From the NCBI RefSeq assembly GCF_009914755.1, contig NC_060933.1: a DNA stretch of 64,000 bases; one strand, 5' to 3'. Positions 12,786 through 29,339 of the stretch are shown here, piece by piece. A model generated the notes under the pieces. It did not search any database. It saw only the letters and a program-made list of their open reading frames with translations, and was not told the DNA's origin. The position numbers were made by a program, and so were the translations under genes. This DNA comes from the human T2T-CHM13v2.0 reference genome, Homo sapiens. Numbering within the stretch: the first letter of the stretch is position 1; every line of letters starts with the position of its first letter.

Positions 12786-13285
12786 TGTGGTATGAGCCAA
12801 ATTATGTCTCCCAAAATTCATATGTTGAAGTGCTAACCCCCAGGACCTCATAATGTGACTGTATTTGGAGACATAGTCTTTAAAGAGGTCATTAAGGTTG
12901 AGTTCATTGAGGTGGACTCTAATCCAGTCTGACTGATGTCCTCATAAGAAGAGGAGATTAGGGCACAAAGAGGCACAGAGTAGGGAGGTAGAGGTTGCAG
13001 TGAGCTGAGACCAAGCCACTGCACTCCAGCCTGGGCGACAGACAAGACTCTGTCTCAAGAAAAACAAACAAACAACAAGGACAACAAAAATGAGGCACAG
13101 AGTAAAGACAATGTCAACACAGAGATAAAAGGCGGCCATCTGCAAGCCACAGAGAGAGGCCTCAGAAGAAACCGCCCCAGCCCACACCTTGGTCTCAGAA
13201 TTCTAGCCCCAGAATTGTGAGAAAACCAATTCTGTTGTTTAAGCCACACAATCTGGGTACTGTTATGGCAGCCCTAGCAGGCCAG
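12786..13285 (+). mobile_element. MLT1B-like MaLR LTR containing a truncated Alu
   Basis: ccaaaattcatatgttgaag...gtgactgtatttggaga...cataagaagaggaga...gagaggcctcagaagaaacc...gttatggcagccctagca. Confidence 0.8.
12983..13090 (+). mobile_element. 5'-truncated Alu with target-site duplication
   Basis: Only the Alu 3' ~75 nt plus tail; flanked by GAGGCACAGAGTA at 12970-12982 and 13092-13104. Confidence 0.88.
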
Positions 13286-15333
13286 TGCTCTCTAATAGGA
13301 CACACATAAGGTGTTCCCCGCAGCCCTGCTGAAATGGCAGCAGAATGGAATCACATCCAGGTCCACCAGCATTGGAAGGTGGAATTGCTGTGGCAAAAAA
13401 AAAAAAGCCCTCCTTTTGGAATATTGTGAAGACAGGTGAGGCCAAGGCTCTGGCCCTAGTGGGCTAAGATGATGTGTTCTGGGACATGACAAGTTGCAGA
13501 GACACATAAAGAAGAGCTGAACCAACCCCCACCGCCTCCATTTTTGTGTATAAACCACCCTATTAAGCCTGATGATTTCTAAGGCTTGGAGCAGGTCTGG
13601 AAGGACAGGGGAGCTGATTCTTACATGGGATATCTGGGGCAGGTGGCTAAAAAAACAAAAATAGTAGCAACATGCAAAAATGCTCATGGCCTGGTGTGAT
13701 ATGAAAACAATGAAAAAGTCTTTTCTCTGATATTCCTACAAGTGTGTGAAGTGTCTTTCCACCTTACCAATTTGCAGGTGGAGGAGGAGTGGCAGCCCAG
13801 ATTTCTGCGGGGTAGAACTGTGGGCCACTCTAGTGGGAAGGCCCTGCTTGAGAGACCCCAGGAGTCCTTGTATACAAAACTGGGTTCTGGACCCGGGCTG
13901 TTCATCTCGTGATACTGGCAGTGGAGACACCAGCACCACCACCCTCCCCCATGCCCGCTCTCACTCCAGACCAGTGCTGGTCATTATTGGTGGCATGGTG
14001 CACCTACCCCTTGTCTAGGAAGATGGAGGAGTTGAACCCATCAACCAGCTCCTCACTGATCTCTCACATGGAGCTCTGCACAAATGATGCTCGGCAGCCA
14101 GATCATCAGACATCAGGGCCCTGCCTGGCCATCACCGCAGCGGGAAACTCACATTAGAAATTCTGCTCCCCAGATAAGGCACAGGTAGGCAACTGCATAG
14201 AGGAAATGAGCTGAAGTCTCAGGAGCACAGGATAACATCTGGGGAAATGTCCTTCACCCAGCACTCACCTTCCCATCTTGCCAGGCCCACCAGGGTTCCA
14301 ACACCCAACAACCTGCTCCAGCCCAGGAAGGGCCCAACGCTCATCCCTTGCCTTCCCTCCACTGCCTCCCTCCACACACACGGCGATGGAGAGGGGTGTG
14401 GGGCTGCCCAGGTGGGATCACAGTTGTGGCCTGGCCCGGACTTCTCTGTGTTACCTTTGGGTACTTCCTGCCAAATGGCCAGAGGTGCCAAAAGTGAGTG
14501 CTGAGCCAAAAAGCCTGCAGCAATGGAAAAGGCCCTCGTGCCGGGCTTTCCTGGAGTCAGAGCCTCAGAAAGTCGGGATACAGCAGGAGAACATCTTATT
14601 CCCTCTAGTGGCTCCCATCGAGTGAGCTGGACAGGGGGTCTCTAGAATGTGAGTGCTGGTTATCAAAGTTCTAAGTTCTGTTGGGGCCTATCACCAAGGA
14701 AGTTAGGTCACTTCTCTAAGGTTCCATTACCTCGGCTCCTTCCTTCAAAGAGCTCCCTCCCCAAAGGTCTCTCTGAGCCATTGACTGCTCACCCTCCTCC
14801 TCTATGTCATCTCCTTAACTGTTCACAATTTTGCCAACATCCCCCCTCTGGGAAAACCCAAATGCAGCGAGGGCCCTAGGTTTGAGGAGATACAGCTGGG
14901 TTCCAACCCTTCTTTTTCTTACCAGTTCTGTGCCCTGGAAAACTCACTGTACCTCTCAGAGCCTCTCCAGTCCCCTAACCTGCACAATGCAAATCATCCC
15001 AGCATCTGCTTCCCAGAGACATCATCAGGCATACATGAGATAATTCTCATAACACTCATAGGTTGGTGTCACAAGTAACAAATGCACAAACTCAAGAGAA
15101 GGAAGAATTATAAGGATAGATGGGATGCAGCACGGACTTAAACTGAAGACATGCCCGGGTTCCAACAGTGTAATATTGGAAAAGTTACTTCCACTCTGGG
15201 CCTCATTTCTCATTCTGCACCATGAGAGAGTTAACATAAAATGAAACTGGTATATGGTCATCCTGTGGCATAAAGCCTTCCAGTGGTTTCCTGTTATATT
15301 TAGAATCAGACCTAGGTGTCTCATCCCAGCCTA

Positions 15334-16881
<1,548 letters not shown>

Positions 16882-17275
16882 TGACTTCCCAGGCCCACCT
16901 CTCAGCACTCGACTTCATTTTCTCTACAGCACTTGCTCTTTTCTTTCACATGCCTTTGTCCATCTCCCCCTCCAGACTGTGAGCTCCTGGAGAGCAGGGA
17001 CCACTTGGCTGATCTCAGCACAGCATGCTGGGCCCACTGGGGCACCTGCACAGGGTGAGTGCTCAGGCGTAGTTGCTGCATGAATAAATGGGAGGATCGC
17101 AGACTTTCCACCTCCCCACCTTCTGACCAGCTAAGACTGTGGAGATGATCAATGCAAATAAAAGGTGTGAGTCAGACCTGAGGAAGGAGGACGGCAGGCG
17201 TGACCTCTGCGTGACTTTTCCCTGGCACCAGTTGCTGGTAAAGCAGAGTAGGCACCGCGGACACAGGAGGCTGAC

Positions 17276-17305
17276 CGCCTCCTGGTGGCCAGCCGTAGCA
17301 CTGCA
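17276..17305 (-). promoter_or_regulatory. Extended CTCF site (core plus upstream module)
   Basis: Minus strand reads TGCAGTGCT-ACGGC-TGGCCACCAGGAGGCG. Confidence 0.65.
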
Positions 17306-18817
17306 GCCCCAGGCCAGAGCGCCTCGACTTAAGTCACACACTCCGGCTGGCTGACCTCAAGGCAGTGGTTTTTTGGGGGTCTCCAGGGGGCAAAGGAGCA
17401 GGTCCGCAGGCTCCAAAGGGCAGTGTGAGGAACCTCGGAAGCCTCCCTTGACCCCTTTTTGCCTCCACTTCCTTTGGCGTCAAGCATCCTTATCTCGGCC
17501 AGGACAATGCTTCCCCCTACTTCCAAATGCAGACTCAGGATCCAACAAGGATCAGCCTCGTTCCTGGACCACAGACACGGTGTCCGACGCTCTGGCACCC
17601 TCTGCCCTATAGCAAGCCCTCATCACCCAAGCCCCAAACCTAACTCTGCTCTGAATGATGTCCAGGGAGTGGAGAGCATTTTCCCAGGGTCTCAGAGCAC
17701 AATGGGCACTGATGGATAAGCCATATCAACAGACACTTTCTGAGTATGTGGAACCCTTGGGGTCACTCACCCAAGCACCCCAATTAATACAGGAGGAAAC
17801 GGAGGCTTTCTCTCCCATAGTCTCTGTCCGCACTAGCAGGGAGGGCTCATCCTACTTCCAGGTGCCCAGACCAATGGCCTGAGGACCCCGGCCCTGGCCT
17901 CTCAAGGCTGTGCTGGGGCCCTTAGGGAGCCCTATGTCTGCCCTGCTCATGCCCTGGGTTCCTGAGCATGTTGCCGATGCCACTGACTCATAACAGAGCT
18001 GCCTCCAACCTCTTTCTTCTTTCCCTCTGGGAGGAGGCTCAGCACTGGCCTAGGAAGCTGGAGCCCTCCCTTACCTTTTAGACTCTGTGCATTTTCTGTG
18101 GTCTAAGCCAGGCCCTGTCTCTTTCTGGAATTCGGTTTCCCAAATGCACAATGAGGGGATGGGTGTGAAACTGCCTCAGTGTGCTCAGTGAGGATGCAGC
18201 GTCAAGTTCCATCAATACAGGACGGGGTGTCAGGGTGGGGTGGCTCAGGTGCATATGGTGAAGAAGCCTCCCTAACTCGGGCAGATGCTGAGGGACACCA
18301 CATATAACAGCCAGGCCTAGTGCCCATGGCCAGGCATGCTCAAGGGGCCCTGTGTCTGGACCAAGAAGAGAACATGCTGGTGAGTTCCTCCTTCACTGTG
18401 TCCACAAGTGCAGTACACAAGGGAGCCCCAGGCAAGGTTGGTCTCATGCAGCCAGCTCTGTGCCTCCCACACTTGCAGGGGCCTGGGTCACATGTTCACC
18501 ACTGGAGCCAAGAAGTGGTGTCAGTCTCACTTAAGCACTAAGAGTGAGGGCAGGGAGGGGTAGTTTCTTAAGAAAAAAACTGAGGTGCTGTCTTCAATAG
18601 AAGATGAGTTGGATGTCAGAAAGATAAAAGCACCCGATCTCAGAATCATACATATAGACCCCATATCTACCTCTGCCACTAGGCACACGGGGATATATAT
18701 GTCCCAGAGAAGGTAGGTGTCTTGTCCAAAGTCACACAATGAGCAATGGCAAAACTCATAATTTGGTTAACATTCACTATGGCTACATATACTAGAATCC
18801 CTAAAATAATAGTGACA

Positions 18818-19215
18818 TGTATTAGTTAGGGTTCTCTAGAGGGACAGAACTAATAGGATAGATGTATACATAAAGGGGAGTTTATTAAGCATTAACTTAC
18901 ACAATCACAAGGTCCCACAATAGGCTGTCTGCAAGCTAAGAGTGAGGAGAGCCAGTCCAAATTCCAAAACTGAAGAACTAGGAATCTGATGTTTGAGGGC
19001 AGGAAGCATCCAGCATAGGAGAAAGATGCAGGCTGGGAGGCTAGGCCAGTCTCTCTTTTCACATTTTTCTGCCTGCTTTATATTCTAGCTGTGCTGGCAG
19101 CTGATTAGATGGTGCCCACCCAGATTAAGGGTGGGTCTGCCTTTCCCAGCCCACTGACTCAAATGTTAATCTCCTTTGGCAACACCCTCACAGACACACC
19201 CAGGATCAATACTTT
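18818..19215 (-). mobile_element. MLT2A1 (ERVL) LTR, apparently lacking its 5' terminal ~45 bp
   Basis: tgtattagttagggttctctagagggacagaactaatagg...ctgactcaaatgttaatctcctttggcaacaccctcacagacacacccagg. Confidence 0.85.
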
Positions 19216-20055
19216 ACAGAGACAGGCCATCCATACTGACCTTGAACTGACCACCACAGAAGTTTATAAATCATGTGTTTCTGTTCGAGCATCTTGTATG
19301 TGCTTTCCATCCTCAATGCGGTCTCATGGTCCAATGTGGCTGCTGGAGCTCCAGCCTCGACCGGCCACCATTTTTGCATTTCAGAGAGCAGGCAAGGCAG
19401 GGCAAAGGGGGCCCTCTCAGCTGGGTCACTTCCATCTGAGCAGTCTCCCCAGAGTCCCACACCACACTGTGGTCACATCTAATTGGCTGGAACTTAGGTC
19501 ATTCTTAGCTGCAAGAGAGGTTGGGAACTTTTTAGTCTTTTAGTTGGTGAATTGCTGTCCTGAATAAAACTGAGCATCTGCATGTAAGAGGAGAATGAAA
19601 ACCGTGGAAACTAACAGTGCTCTCTCTCTACAGTAAATGCCAAGATAGAGAGGAAGGGATGGGGTTGCTTTCAGATGAATTGGGCATTTGTTTACCTATC
19701 ACAGCCTCTCTTTTCTCACTGTTTATTCATTCACAGAGAGAGAAAAAGCTTGGTTCCAAACCAGGATATATGAATGGGACCCCTGCTTTCAACTCCCTAG
19801 CAGAATGTCTAGAACCACTGTGTTGGCTTTCATCTGTTTGTACCTTGTAAGTAAATCTGAGAACATCCTTTCCTGTTTCATAAATGGGGCAGGGAGGGGC
19901 TGAGAGCTGTGAAGCTTTTAAGACAAGCAGCATGTCCCTAAAAAGCTGGGTCAAAATTGAATGTCTGTAAATTTTAAAAGTACAATGTATTCACCCCAAG
20001 GACACTTTGACCCTCATAATAAATATTACCAGTAAAATGAATCCACCCAAAATAA

Positions 20056-20416
20056 AACTTAGTCCATTCAGGCTGCTACAACAAAACACCATAAACGGGA
20101 TGACATATCAATAACTGAAATTTATTCCTCACAGTTCTGGAAGCTGGGATGTCCTAGCTCAAAGTCCCAGAAGATTTGGTATCTGGTGAGGGCCAACCCC
20201 CTGGTTCACAGATAGCTGTCTTCTCACTGTGTCCTCAGATGGCAGAAGGCAGAAAGGGAGCTCTCTGTGGCTTGTTTTGTAAGGGCACTGATGCCATTCA
20301 TGAGGGCTCTACCCTCACAACCTTATCACCTCCCAAAGGTCAAACCTCCAAATACCATCATACTGGGGGACAGGTTTCAAAACAGGAATCTGGGGGGACA
20401 CAAACAGTCTATAGCA
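20056..20416 (-). mobile_element. MLT1A-like MaLR LTR
   Basis: cttagtccattcaggctgctacaacaaaa...cacagttctgga...gggcactgatgccattcatgagggctc...gacacaaaca. Confidence 0.75.
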
Positions 20417-20657
20417 AAAACTGATAATGGTTAAAACTGCACGTGGTAAAATTTATCATTGACTGAAAATTGATGGAAGAAAAGTATATTTAACATTTTG
20501 ATATGCATAATTTGACCAAGGAAAATTGACTTGGTAGGAATAATAATCCCTAAAGAAAGCTTACAATAGCAGAATCTACAGTCAGTAAATTATGATGTGG
20601 ATCCCCAAAATATCAAGTCATTTACATAAAAAATTGATCTTGATAAAAATAACTTCA

Positions 20658-20790
20658 AGCCAGGCCTGGTGGCGCACATCTGTAATCCTAACACTTTAGG
20701 AGGCTGAGGTGGGAGGATTGCTTGAGGTCAGGGGTTTGAGACCAGCCTAAGCAACATAATAAGACCTTGTCTCTACAAAAAAAAAAAATA
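20658..20790 (+). mobile_element. Alu left monomer (FLAM/AluJ-like)
   Basis: Single Alu arm ending in ctctacaaaaaaaa. Confidence 0.8.
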
Positions 20791-20799
20791 AACATTCTG

Positions 20800-22850
<2,051 letters not shown>

Positions 22851-22869
22851 GCCGCCACTCCTAAGGATG

Positions 22870-22911
<42 letters not shown>
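22870..22911. repeat. (CA)n microsatellite
   Basis: About 20 CA units with one interruption. Confidence 0.95.
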
Positions 22912-22912
<1 letters not shown>

Positions 22913-25900
22913 CTTTGTAAATAAAGCTCCCATAATTACCGTGATATTTACAAGTGAGCTTATAGTTCAACCTGTAGTGTACAAAGGAAGGAAAATACCA
23001 TGTTAGTGCTGACACACCATATCACTCTCAGATTAAGAACCACATCGTTAGAGGAAATCTCCTGCACTGTCTTACTCCAGCCAGCAGCTTGCTAGCCCTC
23101 CTTAGCCAACTGCTAGCCCCCAGGTGCTATACTTTTCTAATTATAAATATAAAAATCCAGTCTTAAGGAAGTTGCTGCTGAGAGTGAGGAGTCCAGTTTT
23201 AAATGAAAAAGACTGTGTGAGGCGATGAGGGAGAATTGGGAGGAAGATGAAGAAGACTATCTCTTGTACCTATGGTAGGGGAAATACAATTTGGGGCTAA
23301 GTAAACTCCAGAAAGACCCCCAAAAAGAATGATTCTAACTTCCTCAACTGGTCTGAGCACTAGGGCAAGTGAGGTAATTTTATCTAGTAAAGATAAATTT
23401 GTGTATCCCTATGTCTACTGGTGTAAACAAGAATATCCTGCTCAGCTTCTCTCTGGGTGGAGTTGGCTGTTGGGGGATTTCGAGTAGCAGTATTATCTGA
23501 CCTGGCACCCCCGTTTTATGACAAATATTTTGTAATCCCTTCATTTACTTTCCTAAAGTGAAATTCACAGATAAAAATAGCATTGGAAAATTCACTGTAT
23601 AGTAAAACTGTGGGGAAAATTATTTGTGTTTATATATAAGGCAGAGGTCTGTCATCTACATAGATGACTGGCATGACATCCACATGTTGGTTGAGACAAG
23701 GGGAACTTCTCTGATATGGGGGAAGTACCACAAGCATCCCAGCCCCACCCACTCAATGCCAGGAGGTGCACCTGATCTTTTTGACAACCAAAAATAACCT
23801 CATAAAAGTACAAAACAACGTGCCCCAGGCTTGGGGGCAGGGGGCTTGGACTGGGGCAGAGCCCACTGTCTCAAGAGTGGTTGAGTATCTATGGGGAGTG
23901 GTTATTTCCCATAGATAACCACTGATGAATAGAAATTGACCAAACAGCCCCAAGAGAAGCCTCTTTCACTACTTTCTGTGTTCACTTTGCCACATAAGGG
24001 AATCCAAGGCTAGAACCAGAGCCAAAGGGCTCTGGAGTTCTATGCAACCTCCCAATTTAACGAAAGGTCAAGTCCTAAATGATCCAGGGCAAGCAACTAA
24101 CGGGTAGTGATTCTTCCTGTATAGTACACTTCTAATCGGAGCCCACACTTCTCGAATACTGTCTGCTTCTTTCAGTGTCAGCTCACCTATACTGAGCACC
24201 TCCTCTGCACCCATGTAGTTTCTCCTCACTGCCTCCCCAATTCCTCACCACTAGCAGCTATTGCAGTATAATTCTTGTGCCATCTGGTTTATTGACTATT
24301 ACAAAATCAGTCATATTGTGGTTGATTGCCTTGCTTAAAATATTAGTTACCTCACCTCCACACCCCACCCCACAGCGGGGGCCCTAAGCCAGCTAACTCT
24401 TAACGATATCCACATCCTTGGAATCATTCTTATTTTGGGGTCCTAAGACTGAGCTATATGAATGAACTACAAGTCAGGAGAGGGCAAAGGTGACCTCTTA
24501 GACAGCCAAGACCCTCCTCTGTTGGTTCTATGACCTTTCTCTACACAATATCCCTTTAAGCTTTCATTATCCCCTGTTTTCCAGTGTGCTGTGGCTGTGT
24601 GGCCTCTAAAGCTTTAGTGATCAGTCCCTTCTGGGGATTAGGCCCTTTCAGCTGACTCACCTTGGAGGGCTTTGTGGGCAGATTAGGGGGTTTTGCTTGA
24701 TCAGCACATCCTTAGCTTTACCGGGGCCTGGATTTTAGCAGGGCTCCGGCAATCTCTGCCTTTTGTTTTTTGTTTTGTTTTGTTTTGTCTTTTCTCCTTA
24801 CTCAGTTGAAACAAATGCAGTTGTCTAGAAATTCCTCTGCATTTGTTCATGAGGCAATTAAAGCTGATGGGAGAGGCAGTGATTATGGTGTTAATGATTA
24901 ACCAAAAGTAGATCTGTCCAAAGATTCCTTTTGTCGTGGATCTATTTTTCCTGACCTTATGTAAGCAAAAAGTACTCATGTGGCTGGGTTCCATCTGTAT
25001 ACATAATTTCAAACATGCTGTAGTTTAGTTTCAAATAGGGGTATTGTTAAAATTATTTGCAATCAAATAACTCAGCAACCAAAGATGAATAAAATGTAAA
25101 CTCTTTTCAAGTTGTTCACAAGGGAGATGAGATATAAAATCACTTGTTATGTTCTCTCTGCTATAAATATATTTAAGGAACAAAGCAGTCTAGAAGCTCA
25201 GCTAAAGGAACAATGATTGTCAGGTGGGGGATTCGAGGAAGGCTTCCTGAGAGAGGAACTACTCCAGACATTGAATAATGTTATTACCAAGTCCCCGCTG
25301 TTCATTTGATGGGTCATAAACTGATAGAAATGAAAGTTTTGTTTTTGGTTTTTGCTTTCTTTTAGGAGTCAATATAGAGAGGAAGGGAAGTGAGATGACA
25401 GCACCTAGAGGTCTATCAAGTTGTTGCTCTAAATTTTGCAAGTGACAAAGCTGCCTATGGTGGTTGTAAAGTCTGACAGGCTCTTAGAGAAAGGATGAGG
25501 AATGTATTGTTCTTGGGCTATATTGCTAAGACCAAAAGAACTATCAGATAAGAAAAAAAAAAATGAACTACAGACATGTTCCTGGACCATGCTTGCTGTC
25601 TCACCCTCATTCTAAATGGTGCTTGCTGATGAGAGATGAAAAAGAGGAAGGACAGAGATTCAACTCAACCAATAGTATTGGTCCTGCCTGCTTTGTACAG
25701 GCATTTTGGTGTTTGTATCCAATGTGACTCTCTCCAAATATATAGGCTCCTCAGGTGTGGACAAAATGCATGAAGGGCTTTGGATGGAGGTTTCACACTG
25801 GAAATATGTCCATCTTTCTCTGCCAAGGATAAGCTACCAACAAAGCTGTCTTCCTTCCCCATACTTGGGCCTTGATTTGCACTCCCTTCCCACGATAACC

Positions 25901-26559
25901 TCTCTCTTGTCTCTGGACAGGCACAATGACCTGCCAGCCTTCTGCTTAGTGGCCAGCTTTTACTAATTTCCCCTTCCATCTACCTTTCCTACCCTAAAAA
26001 CCACATTAAGCAGAGTACCAAGGACCTCTCTACAGCCCTTGAGGATGGGAAATTATGCCTGCCTCTCTTAAAAGAGATCTAGATGCTCCTGGCCACTGCC
26101 CTTGTTGTCCAAAGATATGCTTGGGCATTTGCAGAGGAAGAATGCCTTCCATCTGAGTCCTGTTCATTTCAAAAACTCTGCTATTTGGCCCCAGGATATA
26201 TGCTTTCCTCTAAGGAAATTTTTAACGTGGGTTCACAGTGGAGCTTTAAGGACTCTATATCCTCTCTGAAATCATACATCAAAATTTGCTTTCATCTATT
26301 CTGACTTCGCCACAAAAGGGTAAGAACCATTGTGCCTACGGAGTAACCAGTCTGTTCCATCTCTGATATCTCTTAATTCTCCTGAAATCCAATTATATCC
26401 AGGGTATGGGGGTGAATTCTTGAACTCCCTGGGTCTTGGACCACTTCACAAAGACAAACAAACAAAAAAAACAACGTTCTAATCTGCCCTTGCTCTGTCA
26501 GATACCCAGGCAATTCTGAGAACCTCCTGATGTCTTGGACAAAAATCTACCTGCAGAAC

Positions 26560-27390
26560 AGACACTTTACCCAAGAACACATATGAAGGGCCAATAAACA
26601 CATGAAGAGATGCTCAACATCATTAGTCCTGGGGAAATGCAAATTGACACCTCGGTGTGCTATCCCTATACATCCACTGGAATGGCTAAAATTAGAAAGA
26701 CAGGCAATACCAAGTATTGGAGAAGATTTAGAGCAACTGGAAGTCTTACACATTACCAAGGAGAGAGTAAAAGTGGGAGTACAAAATGGCACAGCCACAT
26801 TAGAAAACAGTTTGACGGTTTCTTAAAACGTTAAGCGTACACCTATCCCACAACCAGATGTTCTATACTTAAGTCTTTATGCCAAAAAACCACATCACCA
26901 CACAAAGACCTGCATATGGCTGTTATTACAGCTTTATTTATAACAGCCCAAACTGGAAACAACACAAATGTGCATGAAATGTGAATGAATAAACAAATTG
27001 TGATAAAGCCATGCAATGGCTTACTATTCAGCACTAAAAAGGAACCGACTACCACTATGTGCAACAACATGGATGACTTTCAAAACCATCATGCTAAGTG
27101 ATGAAGCCAGACACAAAAGATGACATCCTGCATGATTCCACTTATATGATATGCTAGAAAAGGCAAACCTATGATGACAAAAATCAGATCAGTAGCTGCT
27201 AGTGGATAAAGGTATGGGGAGAGAATTAACTGTAAAGGGGCACAGGAGAAGTTTTGGAATTATGAACTAATCCCATATGTTGATTGTGGTGGTAGGTACA
27301 CAATTAAAGACGTTGGTCAAAACTCATCACACTGTACATTTAAATATGTATTATATGTCAACTATCAAAAAAGCTGGTTTAAAAAAAACT
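26560..27390 (+). mobile_element. L1M 3' end fragment
   Basis: aataaacacatgaagagatgctcaacatcattagtc...aactggaaacaac...atgctaagtga...gattccacttatatg. Confidence 0.75.
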
Positions 27391-27659
27391 AGCTGCAGAG
27401 CTTCATTTTTCTTTACATATAGGGCAGTCTAAACATGGAACATCTTTGCAAGGATAAAGGATCTCAAACTTGGGTTCAACTCACATTATTTTATGATTTA
27501 TTCTACATATTAGACTCTGAAATTTTTTTTTATTTCCTGCTACTACTAGCACTCTTTCCTTTGGCAGCTGCTTTTTACATCTTTCCCTTCTAAAATGTGG
27601 AGCCACAGGATGTTGTGAGTACTGCAGAGACCAAATTGGGGCTGGTTGTCTTTTAGGTC

Positions 27660-28008
27660 TGTCTTGGTCCATTCCTGCTGCTATAACAAAATATCTTAGA
27701 CTGGATAATTTATAAATAATAGAAATTTTTTTCTTACAGTTCTGGAGGTTTGGAAGTCTAAGATCAAGGTGCCAGCAGATTTGGCATCCTGTGAGGACTT
27801 GCTCTCCTCTTCAAAGATGGCACCTTCTTGCTGAATCCTTACACAGTGGAAGGGGCAGAAGGCTCCCTTAAGCCCCTAAGGGCACTAATTCTATTCACAA
27901 GGACGAAGCCATCATGACTTCTCAAAGGTCCCACCTCTCAACACCGCAAGAATGGGGATTAGGTTTCAACATGAATTTTGTAGGGACACAAACATTCAGA
28001 CCATAGCA
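27660..28008 (-). mobile_element. MLT1A/MST-type MaLR LTR
   Basis: tgtcttggtccattcctgctgctataacaaaat...caacatgaattttg...gacacaaacattcagaccatagca. Confidence 0.78.
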
Positions 28009-28384
28009 AAGTCTATTAAAAATCCACTGCAATGTTTGGAGTAGACTGGAAGGGAAAGAACAGAAAGACATCTGAAATAGACTGAAATAGAGCAAAGGAG
28101 ATGCAGAGAAATTCCAGAGAGAGACATTTAGGCAAACTTAGTCAGGGACCAGATCTAGGATATGAAAGAGAACAGTGTTCAAAGAAAAGCCCTGTTCAAA
28201 AACTCTGAACAATTCCCTACCGCCTTTGGGGAAACATCCAAGTGTCTGAGAGCTGGATATCAGGTTTTCCAGATTTACTTCCAATTTCTCTTTGTATTGC
28301 CTACTGCATCTTTTCACTGAATCAAAAGCTCTATAAGCACAGGCTTATCCATGAAAATTTGTTATTTAACAGCAGGTGTTCAAT

Positions 28385-28970
28385 ATATATTAGTTGATTG
28401 TCCATTCACCTTCTGACGGATGTTTGTATTCTTTCCATGTGGGGCTACGGCCAACACAACTGCCATGAGCACTCTTGTACAGGTTTTTGTGTGGACATCT
28501 GCTTTCATTTCTCCTGGGTAAATACCCAGGAGCAGAATTGCTGGGTTGCGTGGTAGGTTTGGTACATCCCTACAATACCATTCAGCAATAGAAAGACATG
28601 AACTATTGATACATGTAACAACATGGATGAACATAATTTGCTAAATAAAAGAAGCCAGGCAGCCCCCCAAAGGATAGTACATACGATTCCATACATAAAA
28701 GTTTTACATATAACTCTAGAAAAAGCAAAATAATCTATAGCAACAGAAAGCAGGTGAGCAGTTGAGGGGGCAAGTGACAGGGAGGGACAAGATATAAGAA
28801 TTACAAAGGATCACAGTAAAACTTTTTTGGGTGATGGATATGTTCATGATTTTGATTGCAGTGATGGTCTCACAGTGATATATATATATCAAAACTTATC
28901 AAACTGTACATTTTAAACATTCAGTTTATTGTATGTCTTATACATGGCAGTCAAGCTGTAATAAAATACC
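28385..28970. mobile_element. L1M 3' fragments in both orientations
   Basis: Antisense tttcatttctcctgggtaaatacccagg, then sense gaactattgatacatg...atgttcatgattttgattg...ctgtacattttaaa. Confidence 0.6.
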
Positions 28971-29229
28971 GGTTGAATAAGCAGCAGGTTCTCAGTAAAT
29001 GCATAATTTATCAAGCTGTACATTTTAAACGTTCAGTTTATTGTATGTCTTATACATGGCAGTCAAGCTGTAATAAAATACCGGTTGAATAAGCAGCAGG
29101 TTCTCAGTAAATGCATAATTTATCAAGCTGTACATTTTAAACGTTCAGTTTATTGTATGTCTTATACATGGCAGTCAAGCTGTAATAAAATACCGGTTGA
29201 ATAAGCAGCAGGTTCTCAGTAAATGCATA
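28896..29229. repeat. Tandem repeat, 112-bp unit x ~3
   Basis: TTATC anchors at 28896, 29008 and 29120 give a period of 112. Copies 2 and 3 look identical; copy 1 differs at 2 positions. Confidence 0.95.
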
Positions 29230-29339
29230 TCCAATGGTGCAGAGAAGTGTTCAATGTTGGCTGCAGGGATGCAAAGCAGGTGCCAATAAGTGTTGGTGGA
29301 ATTAATGTGCAGAATAAATAAGTATTCACTTATTAGGTG

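Noticed and set aside
3300-15000. Numerous 60-190 aa ORFs in the GC-rich block
   Set aside because: They overlap on both strands, many have non-ATG starts, and I see no homology or consistent exon chain; expected by chance at this GC content.
28896-29229. CRISPR-like array
   Set aside because: Contiguous tandem units without unique spacers, in a human context with no cas genes.
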